From: Eubacteriales bacterium
GTDB taxonomy: Bacteria; Bacillota; Clostridia; Oscillospirales; CAG-382
Direction: 5' to 3'
Assembly (NCBI GenBank): GCA_045535465.1
Contig: JAZSLS010000029.1
Location: forward strand, 1 to 60,634
DNA: 60,634 nt
The notes below the pieces were generated by a model. That model was not told where the DNA came from. It was given only the letters and a program-made list of their open reading frames with translations, and ran no database searches. Each line of letters opens with the position of its first letter. The stretch's first letter is position 1. The translations under genes were made by a program, and so were the position numbers. Below, piece after piece: positions 8,588-16,850 of this stretch.

Positions 8588-9136
8588 GTGAAAAAGGAAA
8601 AAATAAATAGTAGCCCTTTGACGGATAGCCAAAGAGCCTTTGTAGAAAACCTTATCAGAGAAAACCAAGGTGCGATTTATTACATAATCAAAGCTGTACT
8701 GGGTGAGGTGTACGGGTATCTGCTAGACGATAGCGTGGGAAAACTGTATCTCCTTACCTGTGAAAAAATTAAGATAGTGGAAAACCACCCGTGTCCGAAG
8801 GCGTGGGTGCTTGTTGCAGCAAGGGTAACCGCCCTTTATATGATTAAAAACAACAGAAAAGACCTTGATGCCGTTCCCCTTGAGCGTGCGCCCGTGACCG
8901 AGGTTGACACCACTTACGAGGAAGCCTTGTTTGGAATATGGCTTGAGAACGATGTGCCCCAAAAGCTGCTTAACACGCTTACTAAAAGAGAAACGCAAAT
9001 TTATTACAAGCTGTACGTGGAAAACAAAGGCACCGAAACCGTGGCGGCAGAGCTTGGCTTAAAAGTCAGCACGGTAAGAAGCTTTAAACAACTGATTAAA
9101 GATAAACTGCGTGAACACGTAAACAAAAAGATATAA
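8588..9136 (+). CDS. Divergent sigma-70-family (ECF-like) sigma factor
   Basis: 182 aa, GTG start with GGAGG 6 nt upstream. C-terminal region-4 HTH LTKRETQIYYKLYVENKGTETVAAELGLKVSTVRSFKQLIKDKL. Region 2 is divergent. Confidence 0.7.
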   Translation: MKKEKINSSPLTDSQRAFVENLIRENQGAIYYIIKAVLGEVYGYLLDDSVGKLYLLTCEKIKIVENHPCPKAWVLVAARVTALYMIKNNRKDLDAVPLERAPVTEVDTTYEEALFGIWLENDVPQKLLNTLTKRETQIYYKLYVENKGTETVAAELGLKVSTVRSFKQLIKDKLREHVNKKI

Positions 9137-9139
9137 AAC

Positions 9140-9170
9140 TTTTTGGACATTTTTGGCTTTTGGGATATTA
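9140..9170 (+). promoter_or_regulatory. Promoter-like element TTTTTGGAC-N16-ATATTA (copy 2, upstream of the anti-sigma-like gene)
   Basis: TTTTTGGAC at 9140-9148 and ATATTA at 9165-9170, with identical spacing to copy 1. Confidence 0.4.
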
Positions 9171-9189
9171 ACAGACGAGGAGGGATAAA

Positions 9190-10425
9190 ATGAGCGTAAT
9201 TAAAACCGACAATTTCACAGCCGAGGAGCTTAAGACTATGTTCTGCGAAGGCGATATTGCTACCTCCGACCTTGACAGGGTGGCTTTATATAAGCTTATC
9301 GACTATGAAGTGGAGCGCCTTTGCTTTGGTGACGGCGATATAGAGCTTATAGAAGAATGCGCCGCACTTCTCGAAGCTATGGACCAGGGCGCAGACGTAG
9401 AAAGCGTATTTGTAAAAGCGGCGGATAACTGTTTGCCTAAGGTAAAAACAAAGCGTTTGCTTGTAAAACGTGCATTTATAATAGCGGCAGCGGTAGCTAC
9501 TCTCGTAATAGTCAGCACTGTAGTTGCATCTGCCCTTGGCTTTAATTTGTTTGACCATATAAGCAGAACGGTATTACAACCTGACGGAACCGTGCGGGAG
9601 GAGGGCGGCATTACCTTTTACAATGCAGGCGAACACAAGGAATATTTGAGCCTGAAGGAAGCAGTAGAAAAGGAAAACTTAAATATTATGTATCCTGCAT
9701 CCTTGCCTGAGGGGGTTATGGTTAAAGAAGTGCGAGTGGCCGATAGTCAAATAGGTGACAAGCGCATATATGTTTTCACCGATAACGACGACATAATTAT
9801 AACTGTTGATACAGGCGTTGCGCCTACGCAGGGAGCAACCGAAAACCAAGAGCCTTACACAAAAAACGGCGTTGACTACCTCATTTATGAAAGCACAACG
9901 GAGCATAAGTACGGTGCTTACTGCAACTCGGGTAATTGCGATTACATAATACAGGCAAAAAAATACGAGGACTTGATTTATATAATCGAAAACCTTGTTA
10001 ACCCTCAAGGCGCCACAAGCTTCGATAACAGCAATTACACTCCCTGCGCCCTTATTATCAACGGCAAGGATATAAGCGAGGATAATTATGTTGCTATGCA
10101 CGTTGAGAAAAAACAAGCCGCCTTGCCACTATTGGCAACACTTCGCGAGCTGGGTGCGGATATACAAGACGTAAGCGACACCGTAAAAAATGTTTCTTAC
10201 CAAAGCAAGACCTACGTTTTGGATATGGAAGGGTGTGCTTTAACCAACACAGACGGTAATAACGTGTTGTTGGTTGATGGCGGAGACTATTTTGTTTACG
10301 AAAAAGACGGCGAGCTTATAGTGATAGATTCCGTGCTTAGCTATGTATTCTATGATATGGGTATCAACTGTAGAATTACAATTGACAGAGAATCCTCTGC
10401 GGTAGTGATTGCACCGAACAGTTGA
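9190..10425 (+). CDS. Single-pass membrane protein, anti-sigma-factor-like (DUF4367-like ectodomain)
   Basis: 411 aa. Cytoplasmic ~95 aa, TM AFIIAAAVATLVIVSTVVASALGF, extracellular part with the YPASLPEGV motif I associate with DUF4367 anti-sigma-linked domains. Immediately follows the sigma gene. Paralog at 18474..19325. Confidence 0.55.
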   Translation: MSVIKTDNFTAEELKTMFCEGDIATSDLDRVALYKLIDYEVERLCFGDGDIELIEECAALLEAMDQGADVESVFVKAADNCLPKVKTKRLLVKRAFIIAAAVATLVIVSTVVASALGFNLFDHISRTVLQPDGTVREEGGITFYNAGEHKEYLSLKEAVEKENLNIMYPASLPEGVMVKEVRVADSQIGDKRIYVFTDNDDIIITVDTGVAPTQGATENQEPYTKNGVDYLIYESTTEHKYGAYCNSGNCDYIIQAKKYEDLIYIIENLVNPQGATSFDNSNYTPCALIINGKDISEDNYVAMHVEKKQAALPLLATLRELGADIQDVSDTVKNVSYQSKTYVLDMEGCALTNTDGNNVLLVDGGDYFVYEKDGELIVIDSVLSYVFYDMGINCRITIDRESSAVVIAPNS

Positions 10426-10442
10426 TTAAAGGAGGGGTGACT

Positions 10443-12545
10443 ATGAAAAAAATAATTAGCATTTTAGTTTTATTGGCTATGACGATAAGTATGCTATCAA
10501 TCGGCGGCTTTACCGTTTCAGCGGCAGACGGCACTTGGGGCTATCTTAAGTGGAGCTACGAGGACGGAACTCTTACCATAAGCGGAGAGGGCGAGATGGA
10601 TGACTTTGAGTGGAATTCCGATAAAGCGTGGCATACTTGGAACTGCAAAAAGGACGTTACTACAGTTATAATTGAAGGCGGCGTAAGCAACGTTTCCGAG
10701 TTTGCTTTTGCGGGATTCCCTAAATTAACAAGCGTTACCGTTATGGAGGGCGTTAAAAGCTTTGACAGACGGGCGTTTTATAGAAGCACTGCGTTGAAAA
10801 GTGTTAGCATACCGAACAGCGTGCAAAACCTCGAAGCGGCAGTGTTTTACGACTGCGCTTCCTTGGAAAGTGCAATTATTCCGAGTGGCGTTACAAAAAT
10901 AGATTTGTACACCTTTTACGGTTGTACATCGTTAAAAACCGTAGATATCCCCGAAACGGTTAAAGAAATTGAAGGCGGTTGCTTTGAAAACTGCGCTTCT
11001 TTGGAAAGCGTAGTTATCCCCGACGGCGTTACTGTGATTTGGGACTCGTTCAGAGGTTGCAGCTCTTTGAAAAGCGTTTCCGTTCCCGACAGCGTTACTG
11101 AAATAAGCTGGTACGCTTTTATGGATTGTACTTCCTTGGAGGATATAAGTATTTCCGAAAACGTTGTAAGCGTCAGAGGTGGTGCATTTACCAACACGAA
11201 ATACTATAATACCGAAAGTAATTGGGAAAACGGCGTTTTGTATCTCGACGGTTGGTTGATAGGCTCCTCTTCCGATGCTTTGGGTGATATTGTAATTAAG
11301 GATGGTACCAAGGGCATTATTGACGGTGCTTTTATGGGCCGTACCGCTGTGGAAAGTATTACTATACCCGAAAGTGTGGCCTTTTTGGGGATGAACATAT
11401 TTGAAGGCTGCAAAGGCTTAAAAAGCGCAACCATAAACAGCAAATGCGGCTATATTAATTACGGCACGTTTCAAAATTGTATAGCTTTGACAGACGTTAA
11501 TCTGCCCGACAATCTGGAAATAATAGACGAATATGTTTTTGCCGGTTGTTCTTCGCTGGAAGGCATAACTATTCCCGATGGCGTTAAGCGTATAGATTAC
11601 GATGCTTTTCAAAAATGTTACGCATTAACAAGCATTACTATACCGGACAGTGTGACTACGCTTGGAGGTACGGTGTTTAGTGAATGCACTTCGTTAACGA
11701 ATGTAAACATCGGCACGGGCGTTAAGGAGATTCCCGGAAACGCATTTAGGGGCTGTACAGCTTTGAAAACTATCACCATACCCGAAAACGTAACGAGTAT
11801 AGGCTGGTACGCCTTTGTTAATTGCACCTCTTTGGAAAACGTTAATATTCCTGCAGGAGTTAAAAATATATCTCTACACGCTTTTGACGGTTGCACTTCC
11901 TTGAATACGGCAATTATGCCTGAGGGCATTACCGAAATTGAGGAGTTTGCATATAACGAGTGCAATTCTTTAACTACTGTTACCATCCCTCAAACCGTCA
12001 AAAGTATAGGCAACGGTGCCTTTAACGGTTGTGATGCAATGGAAACTGTATATTACGGTGGCAGCGAAGCGGAATGGAAGGCTCTTTCTATCGGAACCGA
12101 TAACGATGCGCTTCTCGGTGCAAACGTGGTTTATAATTGTTCTGTAGAGGTGGGCGACGTAAACGGCGACGGGTATGTAGACAATATAGATGCTGTATTT
12201 GTGCTTAAATACGATGCAGGTATTATAGATAGAGTAGATGTTGCAGTTGCCGACGTAAACGGCGACGGTAAAGCTGATAACCTCGATGCGGTTATGATAC
12301 TTAAATACGATGCAGGCCTTGTAGACGGCTTTTGCCCCGTTTTGGGCCATAAAACGGCTGTAAAAAGCGTTTACGTTACAACTCATAAGGTAAGAGACAG
12401 CATCCCCAGATGTGTTGTGTGTACCTATGACGTTACCTATTGCGAGCGCTGCGGTGAGATAAAGGAACAGCTTCTTATTGCTACAACCGATATCAATTGT
12501 TGTGCGGCGGAGTCCCCTTCCGCTGCAACGGAGCTAAGCGACTAA
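10443..12545 (+). CDS. Secreted BspA-like leucine-rich-repeat protein with tandem dockerin repeats and a C-terminal 6-Cys module
   Basis: ATG at 10443 (aaaggagggg RBS) gives the signal peptide MKKIISILVLLAMTISMLSIGGFTVSA. More than 15 repeats of the F..C.SL.SV.IP..V..I pattern. Dockerin GDVNGDGYVDNIDAVFVLKYDAG / ADVNGDGKADNLDAVMILKYDAG (about 12150-12330), then a Cys-rich tail (12327-12545). Confidence 0.85.
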   Translation: MKKIISILVLLAMTISMLSIGGFTVSAADGTWGYLKWSYEDGTLTISGEGEMDDFEWNSDKAWHTWNCKKDVTTVIIEGGVSNVSEFAFAGFPKLTSVTVMEGVKSFDRRAFYRSTALKSVSIPNSVQNLEAAVFYDCASLESAIIPSGVTKIDLYTFYGCTSLKTVDIPETVKEIEGGCFENCASLESVVIPDGVTVIWDSFRGCSSLKSVSVPDSVTEISWYAFMDCTSLEDISISENVVSVRGGAFTNTKYYNTESNWENGVLYLDGWLIGSSSDALGDIVIKDGTKGIIDGAFMGRTAVESITIPESVAFLGMNIFEGCKGLKSATINSKCGYINYGTFQNCIALTDVNLPDNLEIIDEYVFAGCSSLEGITIPDGVKRIDYDAFQKCYALTSITIPDSVTTLGGTVFSECTSLTNVNIGTGVKEIPGNAFRGCTALKTITIPENVTSIGWYAFVNCTSLENVNIPAGVKNISLHAFDGCTSLNTAIMPEGITEIEEFAYNECNSLTTVTIPQTVKSIGNGAFNGCDAMETVYYGGSEAEWKALSIGTDNDALLGANVVYNCSVEVGDVNGDGYVDNIDAVFVLKYDAGIIDRVDVAVADVNGDGKADNLDAVMILKYDAGLVDGFCPVLGHKTAVKSVYVTTHKVRDSIPRCVVCTYDVTYCERCGEIKEQLLIATTDINCCAAESPSAATELSD

Positions 12546-12838
12546 AGCCTTTCCCCTTGACGGGCGACAGCTTTGCTTATTGACCTACGGAGCGTATGTA
12601 TGTTATAATAAACAAAAACCACAGCATAGGGCATAGCCGTGGTATAATAAGTATAAAAGAGTAGGTGGAAGCCAACCGAGAGTGATAAAGAAACCTTTGA
12701 GTATGAGCTTAAATCTGCTTTGGGCATAGCGGGGCTTGTTGCTTTCCCGGTGTTTTATATTGCGTTTTTAAGTAATAAAAAAGCTTGTAAAAACGTTAAA
12801 TATAAAAACTTTAAAGGTTTAAAGAAAGGGGTAGTGTT

Positions 12839-13309
12839 ATGTATAGCGCAGAAGAGGGCAGAGCGGATCTGCGAAGGAAAGAGCTGTCAAGTGCTATAAT
12901 TATGCTTATATCTACTGCTGTTTTGTCGCTTTTTATCTGGGGAACGGCATCAAGATACGGAGTAAGCGTGCCTTACGTGGGTGTGTACGTTTTGTGGTTT
13001 GCCCTTAGCGTTTATTTTACAAAAGCCTACCTGTTTTTAACTCCTCGCCGACGCTTTGGCACGGTAACGGCTATAAAGGATTTTAAAGAAACGTTTATAA
13101 GGAGCCACGGTGGAGCCGCCGGCGGCGGGCAAACCTACAGCGGAATGGCCGCTGTTGAATGTACTATTACCATAGCCTTTGACAGCGGCAAGGTGCGTGA
13201 CTTTGTGTTTGTTTACAAGGGCGACCTAAAAATTTTAAAGGTTGGCGACCGTGTGGGCATTTTCCGTTTTCTTAGAATGCCTGTGTGGGAAAAAACTCCG
13301 TTGGTTTAG
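12839..13309 (+). CDS. Small membrane protein, unknown function
   Basis: 156 aa with two N-terminal hydrophobic helices (AIIMLISTAVLSLFIWG, YVGVYVLWFALSVYF). RBS aaaggggtag upstream. Confidence 0.5.
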   Translation: MYSAEEGRADLRRKELSSAIIMLISTAVLSLFIWGTASRYGVSVPYVGVYVLWFALSVYFTKAYLFLTPRRRFGTVTAIKDFKETFIRSHGGAAGGGQTYSGMAAVECTITIAFDSGKVRDFVFVYKGDLKILKVGDRVGIFRFLRMPVWEKTPLV

Positions 13310-13477
13310 CTTTATAGGCGCAGGTATATAAAAGCCTTGCTTTATTTTTAGCTTGCAAAAAACCAAACGGTCAAAAAAACAAGCCGCACTCGGTTTTTTT
13401 GTATATGACAATTCGGCGTATTACTATACCTTATAACAAATAAATATGCAAACTTTTAAACTTTTGATAAAAAACGC

Positions 13478-13506
13478 TTGACATTTTAAAATTTGGGTAG
13501 TATAAT
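13478..13506 (+). promoter_or_regulatory. Consensus sigma-A promoter of the T-box/paaK operon
   Basis: TTGACA (13478-13483), 17-nt spacer, TATAAT (13501-13506). Confidence 0.7.
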
Positions 13507-13539
13507 ACATACAACAATTGAATGTGTTACACACAAAAT

Positions 13540-13822
13540 GCGTTGAGCAGAAACCAGTAGGTTGGAAAAAGGCTGGAGAGAGTTGCCGGTTGGTGCGAGG
13601 CAATGCGGACGTCCTTCACGAATTCATTCTGTTAGCAGTGCGCTGAATAAGAGCTTTCTCTTTAGTAGGATGCAACGGGTGTTCCCGTTATAGAACTAAG
13701 GTATGTCAGTACCTGAAAAGGTCACTATCGTGAGGTGGTGGCGAACTGAGGTGGTACCACGGGGTTATTGATTATCTCGTCCTCTGTATTCTCAATCGGA
13801 ATGCGGAGGGCGTTTTTGTTTT
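13540..13822 (+). promoter_or_regulatory. T-box riboswitch leader, specifier codon UUC (Phe)
   Basis: Stem I elements: AGTA, GGAGAGAGT (AG bay), GGTTGGTGCGAGG distal loop. Specifier loop ACGAA-TTC-A (TTC at 13623-13625), closed by cagaa/ttctg pairing. F-box CCCGTTA (about 13684-13690). T-box sequence AACTGAGGTGGTACCACGG (13743-13762). Terminator stem 13778-13786 / 13804-13812 followed by TTTTTGTTTT. Confidence 0.8.
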
Positions 13823-13892
13823 CCCTTTACACTCCGAAAAACTAATTTTAATTTATGCTTTTAGCAGGGGCTTAAAAGCAAAAAACGAAAGG

Positions 13893-15209
13893 GTGGTCAA
13901 AATGGCACAAAACTACTATCAACAAGAAATTGAAACTATGCCTCGTGAGGAAATGAAAAAGCTTCAATCCGAAAAGCTTGTTAAACAGGTTAAGCACGTT
14001 TACGATAACGTGGCATATTACCGTAACCTTATGGACGAGAAGGGCGTAAAGCCGGAGGATATACAGGGCATTGAAGACCTTCATAAGCTTCCTTTCCTTT
14101 CAAAGGCGGATTTAAGAGATGCTTACCCCTACGGGCTGCTGGGCAAGTCCCTTGACGATTGCGTTCGTATTCAGTCTACCTCCGGCACAACGGGTCGCCG
14201 TGTAGTTGCCTTTTACACACAGCACGATATTGACCTTTGGGAAGATTGCTGCGCTCGTGCAATAGTAGCTGCAGGCGGTTCAAAGCAGGACGTATGTCAG
14301 GTTGCGTACGGCTACGGCTTGTTCACAGGCGGTGCCGGGCTTAACGGCGGTTCTCATAAGGTTGGCTGCTTGACTCTTCCTATGTCATCGGGTAATACGG
14401 AAAGACAAATTCAGTTTATGATGGACCTTAACGCTACCATTCTTTGCTGCACTCCTTCCTATGCGGCATACATAGGCGAGAGCTTGAAGGAGCAGGGCTA
14501 CACTCCCGACAGGATTCCTTTAAAGGCGGGCATTTTCGGTGCAGAGCCTTGGACGGAGGAAATGCGCCGCGGTATTGAGGAGGCACTTGGTATTAAGGCC
14601 TACGATATTTACGGCCTTACTGAAACAACCGGTCCCGGCGTTGCCTTCGAATGCAGTGAGCAGACGGGTATGCATATAAACGAAGACCACTTCTATGCGG
14701 AGATTATCGACCCCGATACGGGTGAGGTTCTTCCCGAAGGAAGCAAGGGCGAGCTGGTGTTCACCTCTCTTGATAAAGAAGCTTTTCCGCTTCTTCGCTA
14801 TCGCACCCGTGATATTTGCGTTCTTTCCCGTGAAAAATGCTCTTGCGGGCGTACGCTGGTTAAGATGGCTAAGCCTATGGGCAGAACCGATGATATGCTT
14901 ATTATACGCGGTGTAAACGTATTCCCCAGCCAAATCGAAACCGTGCTTCTCAACGAGGGCTACCAGCCAAACTATCAGATTGTTGTTGACCGTGTTAAGA
15001 ATAACGACACCTTTGAGGTTAACGTGGAAATGTCCCCTGAGCAGTTTACCGATAAGCTTGCCGAAATTATAGGTATGGAAAAGGCGCTTGCAGGCGCAAT
15101 GAAAGCAATGCTTGGCATAAACCCTGCCGTTCATCTTGTTGCACCCAAGACCATTGCGAGAAGCGAGGGCAAGGCGGTTAGAGTTATTGACAAGAGAAAA
15201 CTTATATAA
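13893..15209 (+). CDS. paaK: Phenylacetate-CoA ligase family (PaaK-like adenylate-forming enzyme)
   Basis: 438 aa. N-terminus YYQQEIETMPREEMKKLQSEKLVKQVKHVYDNVAYYRNLM is typical of PaaK. AMP-binding motifs QSTSGTTGRR, YDIYGLTET and YRTRD. Confidence 0.85.
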   Translation: MVKMAQNYYQQEIETMPREEMKKLQSEKLVKQVKHVYDNVAYYRNLMDEKGVKPEDIQGIEDLHKLPFLSKADLRDAYPYGLLGKSLDDCVRIQSTSGTTGRRVVAFYTQHDIDLWEDCCARAIVAAGGSKQDVCQVAYGYGLFTGGAGLNGGSHKVGCLTLPMSSGNTERQIQFMMDLNATILCCTPSYAAYIGESLKEQGYTPDRIPLKAGIFGAEPWTEEMRRGIEEALGIKAYDIYGLTETTGPGVAFECSEQTGMHINEDHFYAEIIDPDTGEVLPEGSKGELVFTSLDKEAFPLLRYRTRDICVLSREKCSCGRTLVKMAKPMGRTDDMLIIRGVNVFPSQIETVLLNEGYQPNYQIVVDRVKNNDTFEVNVEMSPEQFTDKLAEIIGMEKALAGAMKAMLGINPAVHLVAPKTIARSEGKAVRVIDKRKLI

Positions 15210-15230
15210 CAAGGGAAGGGAGATAAAATT

Positions 15231-15662
15231 ATGGCTATTAAGCAATTAACGGTATTTGTTGAGAATAAACAAGGTGCGGTAGGCTCTATAACCGAGGCTC
15301 TTTCCAAAAACGGCATCAATCTACGTGCGCTTTCTATTGCCGAAACGCAGGATTTTGGCATTCTTCGCCTTATTGTTAAGGACGAGGCAACGGCGGAAAA
15401 GCTTTTAAAAGACGAAGGGTATCTTATTAAGATTACCGACGTTGTAGGCGTTAAAATCAGCGATGAGCCCGGCAAGCTTTCCGAAGCCCTTCGTGTTCTT
15501 GACGAAAAGAATATTAATATGGAATACCTGTATGCGTTTATGGCACGCACGGAAAAACACGCCTACGTGGTTATTCGTGTTGAGGATAACGCTGCGGCAG
15601 AAGCTGCTCTTGTAAATGCAGGGTTTAAGCTGGTAACTCAAGCAGACGTGGATAAGCTGTAA
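15231..15662 (+). CDS. ACT-domain protein
   Basis: 143 aa. Two beta-alpha-beta-beta-alpha-beta-like halves (LTVFVENKQGAVGSITEALSKNGINLRAL...; VVGVKISDEPGKLSEALRVLDEKNINMEYLYAF). Commonly paired with PaaK-like genes in Clostridia (from memory). Confidence 0.7.
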   Translation: MAIKQLTVFVENKQGAVGSITEALSKNGINLRALSIAETQDFGILRLIVKDEATAEKLLKDEGYLIKITDVVGVKISDEPGKLSEALRVLDEKNINMEYLYAFMARTEKHAYVVIRVEDNAAAEAALVNAGFKLVTQADVDKL

Positions 15663-15734
15663 CGTTAAGCAAAGGGAAAGAGCCGAAAGCAAAGGCTCTT
15701 TCCCGCTAATTGTAACGGGAGAAATTGACTGACA

Positions 15735-16163
15735 ATGTATTTTGATGAGCTTAAGGTCGGTATGGCGGTGGATACGGCACCTGCCCTTATAGAAAAAGAA
15801 AAAATGCTGGCGTTTGCCCGTGACTATGACAACATTCCTCTTCATACCGATGAGGAATACGCTAAAAGCACACCTTTCGGCAAGCTTATTGCACCGGGAG
15901 TAATGTCTTTTATGTCGGTTTGGGCAAAGTATTTGGAGGCGGATTTTTTTGGCAACGAGCTGCTTGCGGGAAAATCCACCAAAATCGAATGGCATAAGCC
16001 TGTGTATGCGGAGGACGTTCTTACAGGCAAGGCTACCATAACCAAGCTTGTAAAACGAAACGAAAAAAACGGCCTTGTTGAGGTTACCATAGAGGCATAT
16101 AACCAAAATGGCGAGCTTGTATTAACGGACGTTACAGAGGCTATTGTTAAATGCAAAAGATAA
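15735..16163 (+). CDS. MaoC-like hot-dog fold dehydratase
   Basis: 142 aa. FARDYDNIPLHTDEEYAKSTPFGKLIAPGVM matches the MaoC dehydratase hydratase-2 region. Confidence 0.7.
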   Translation: MYFDELKVGMAVDTAPALIEKEKMLAFARDYDNIPLHTDEEYAKSTPFGKLIAPGVMSFMSVWAKYLEADFFGNELLAGKSTKIEWHKPVYAEDVLTGKATITKLVKRNEKNGLVEVTIEAYNQNGELVLTDVTEAIVKCKR

Positions 16164-16167
16164 TAGA

Positions 16168-16204
16168 AACCGCTGAGGAGTAAAAACTCCTTGGCGGTTT
16201 TTTA
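16168..16204 (+). terminator. Rho-independent terminator
   Basis: 13-bp stem aaccgctgaggag / ctccttggcggtt (two G-U pairs) followed by a T-run. Confidence 0.7.
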
Positions 16205-16304
16205 GCTTGAAAATTTTTTCAAAAAACGTGGGGAAAACAAAGCTTTTAATTGTATAATAAGTAGAAGGGCAAAACAATACGGACCCTGGCAAGGAGGGTA
16301 TGTG

Positions 16305-16850
16305 ATGGATAACGGTGCAAGTAGCTACCGCCGTTTTCTGGATGGCGACGAAGCCGCCTTTGACGAAATAGTAAAGGAGCTTTTGCGCAGTCTTACTTTT
16401 TTTATTAACGGCTACGTTCGTGATATACACACAGCCGAGGATATTGCTATGGACGTTTTTGCGGAGCTTATAGCCCATAAGCACAGGTACAATTTTAAGG
16501 TTAGCCTTAAAACCTATCTTTTTACTTTGGGCAGAAGCCGTGCCCTTAACTACGTAAAACGCCGAAACAAGCTTAGCTTTGTGGAGCTGACGGAGGCAAA
16601 CGGTATAGAGGACAGGGAGCTGGAGGAAACAGTCCTTGCCGAGGAAAAAAAGCGTGTTGTTAACACCGCCATAGCCAAGCTTCCCGAAAATATGAGAGAG
16701 GTTATCCACTTAGTTTATTTTGAAGAGATGACATATGAAGAAGCATCAAGAGTAATGAAAATCAAACGCAAAAAGGTGGACTACCTTTTACAAAGGGCAA
16801 AAAAGGAGCTTATTGACATTTTAGGAGAGGAAGGGAAAGAACTGTTATGA
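16305..16850 (+). CDS. ECF-type RNA polymerase sigma factor
   Basis: Canonical region 2 (AEDIAMDVFAELI, TYLFTLGRSRALNYVKRR) and region 4 (REVIHLVYFEEMTYEEASRVMKIKRKKVDYLLQRAKKEL). ATG at 16305 lies 7 nt after GGAGG (the track GTG at 16302 is also possible). Confidence 0.85.
   Translation: MDNGASSYRRFLDGDEAAFDEIVKELLRSLTFFINGYVRDIHTAEDIAMDVFAELIAHKHRYNFKVSLKTYLFTLGRSRALNYVKRRNKLSFVELTEANGIEDRELEETVLAEEKKRVVNTAIAKLPENMREVIHLVYFEEMTYEEASRVMKIKRKKVDYLLQRAKKELIDILGEEGKELL

Noticed and set aside
12542-12838. Possible promoter (TTGACC 12580-12585 / TATAAT 12604-12609) plus a ~230-nt leader before 12839..13309; considered as a riboswitch or sRNA
   Set aside because: I could not match the leader to any riboswitch consensus I know (preQ1, ZTP, fluoride, c-di-GMP, guanidine), and I found only weak hairpins. 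The 61-aa antisense ORF there is implausible. It is left unannotated.
14520-16709. Minus-strand ORFs of 241, 139, 233, 104 and 195 aa across the paaK-ACT-MaoC-sigma region
   Set aside because: All overlap plus-strand genes that have clear family motifs and RBSs. They are likely frame shadows.
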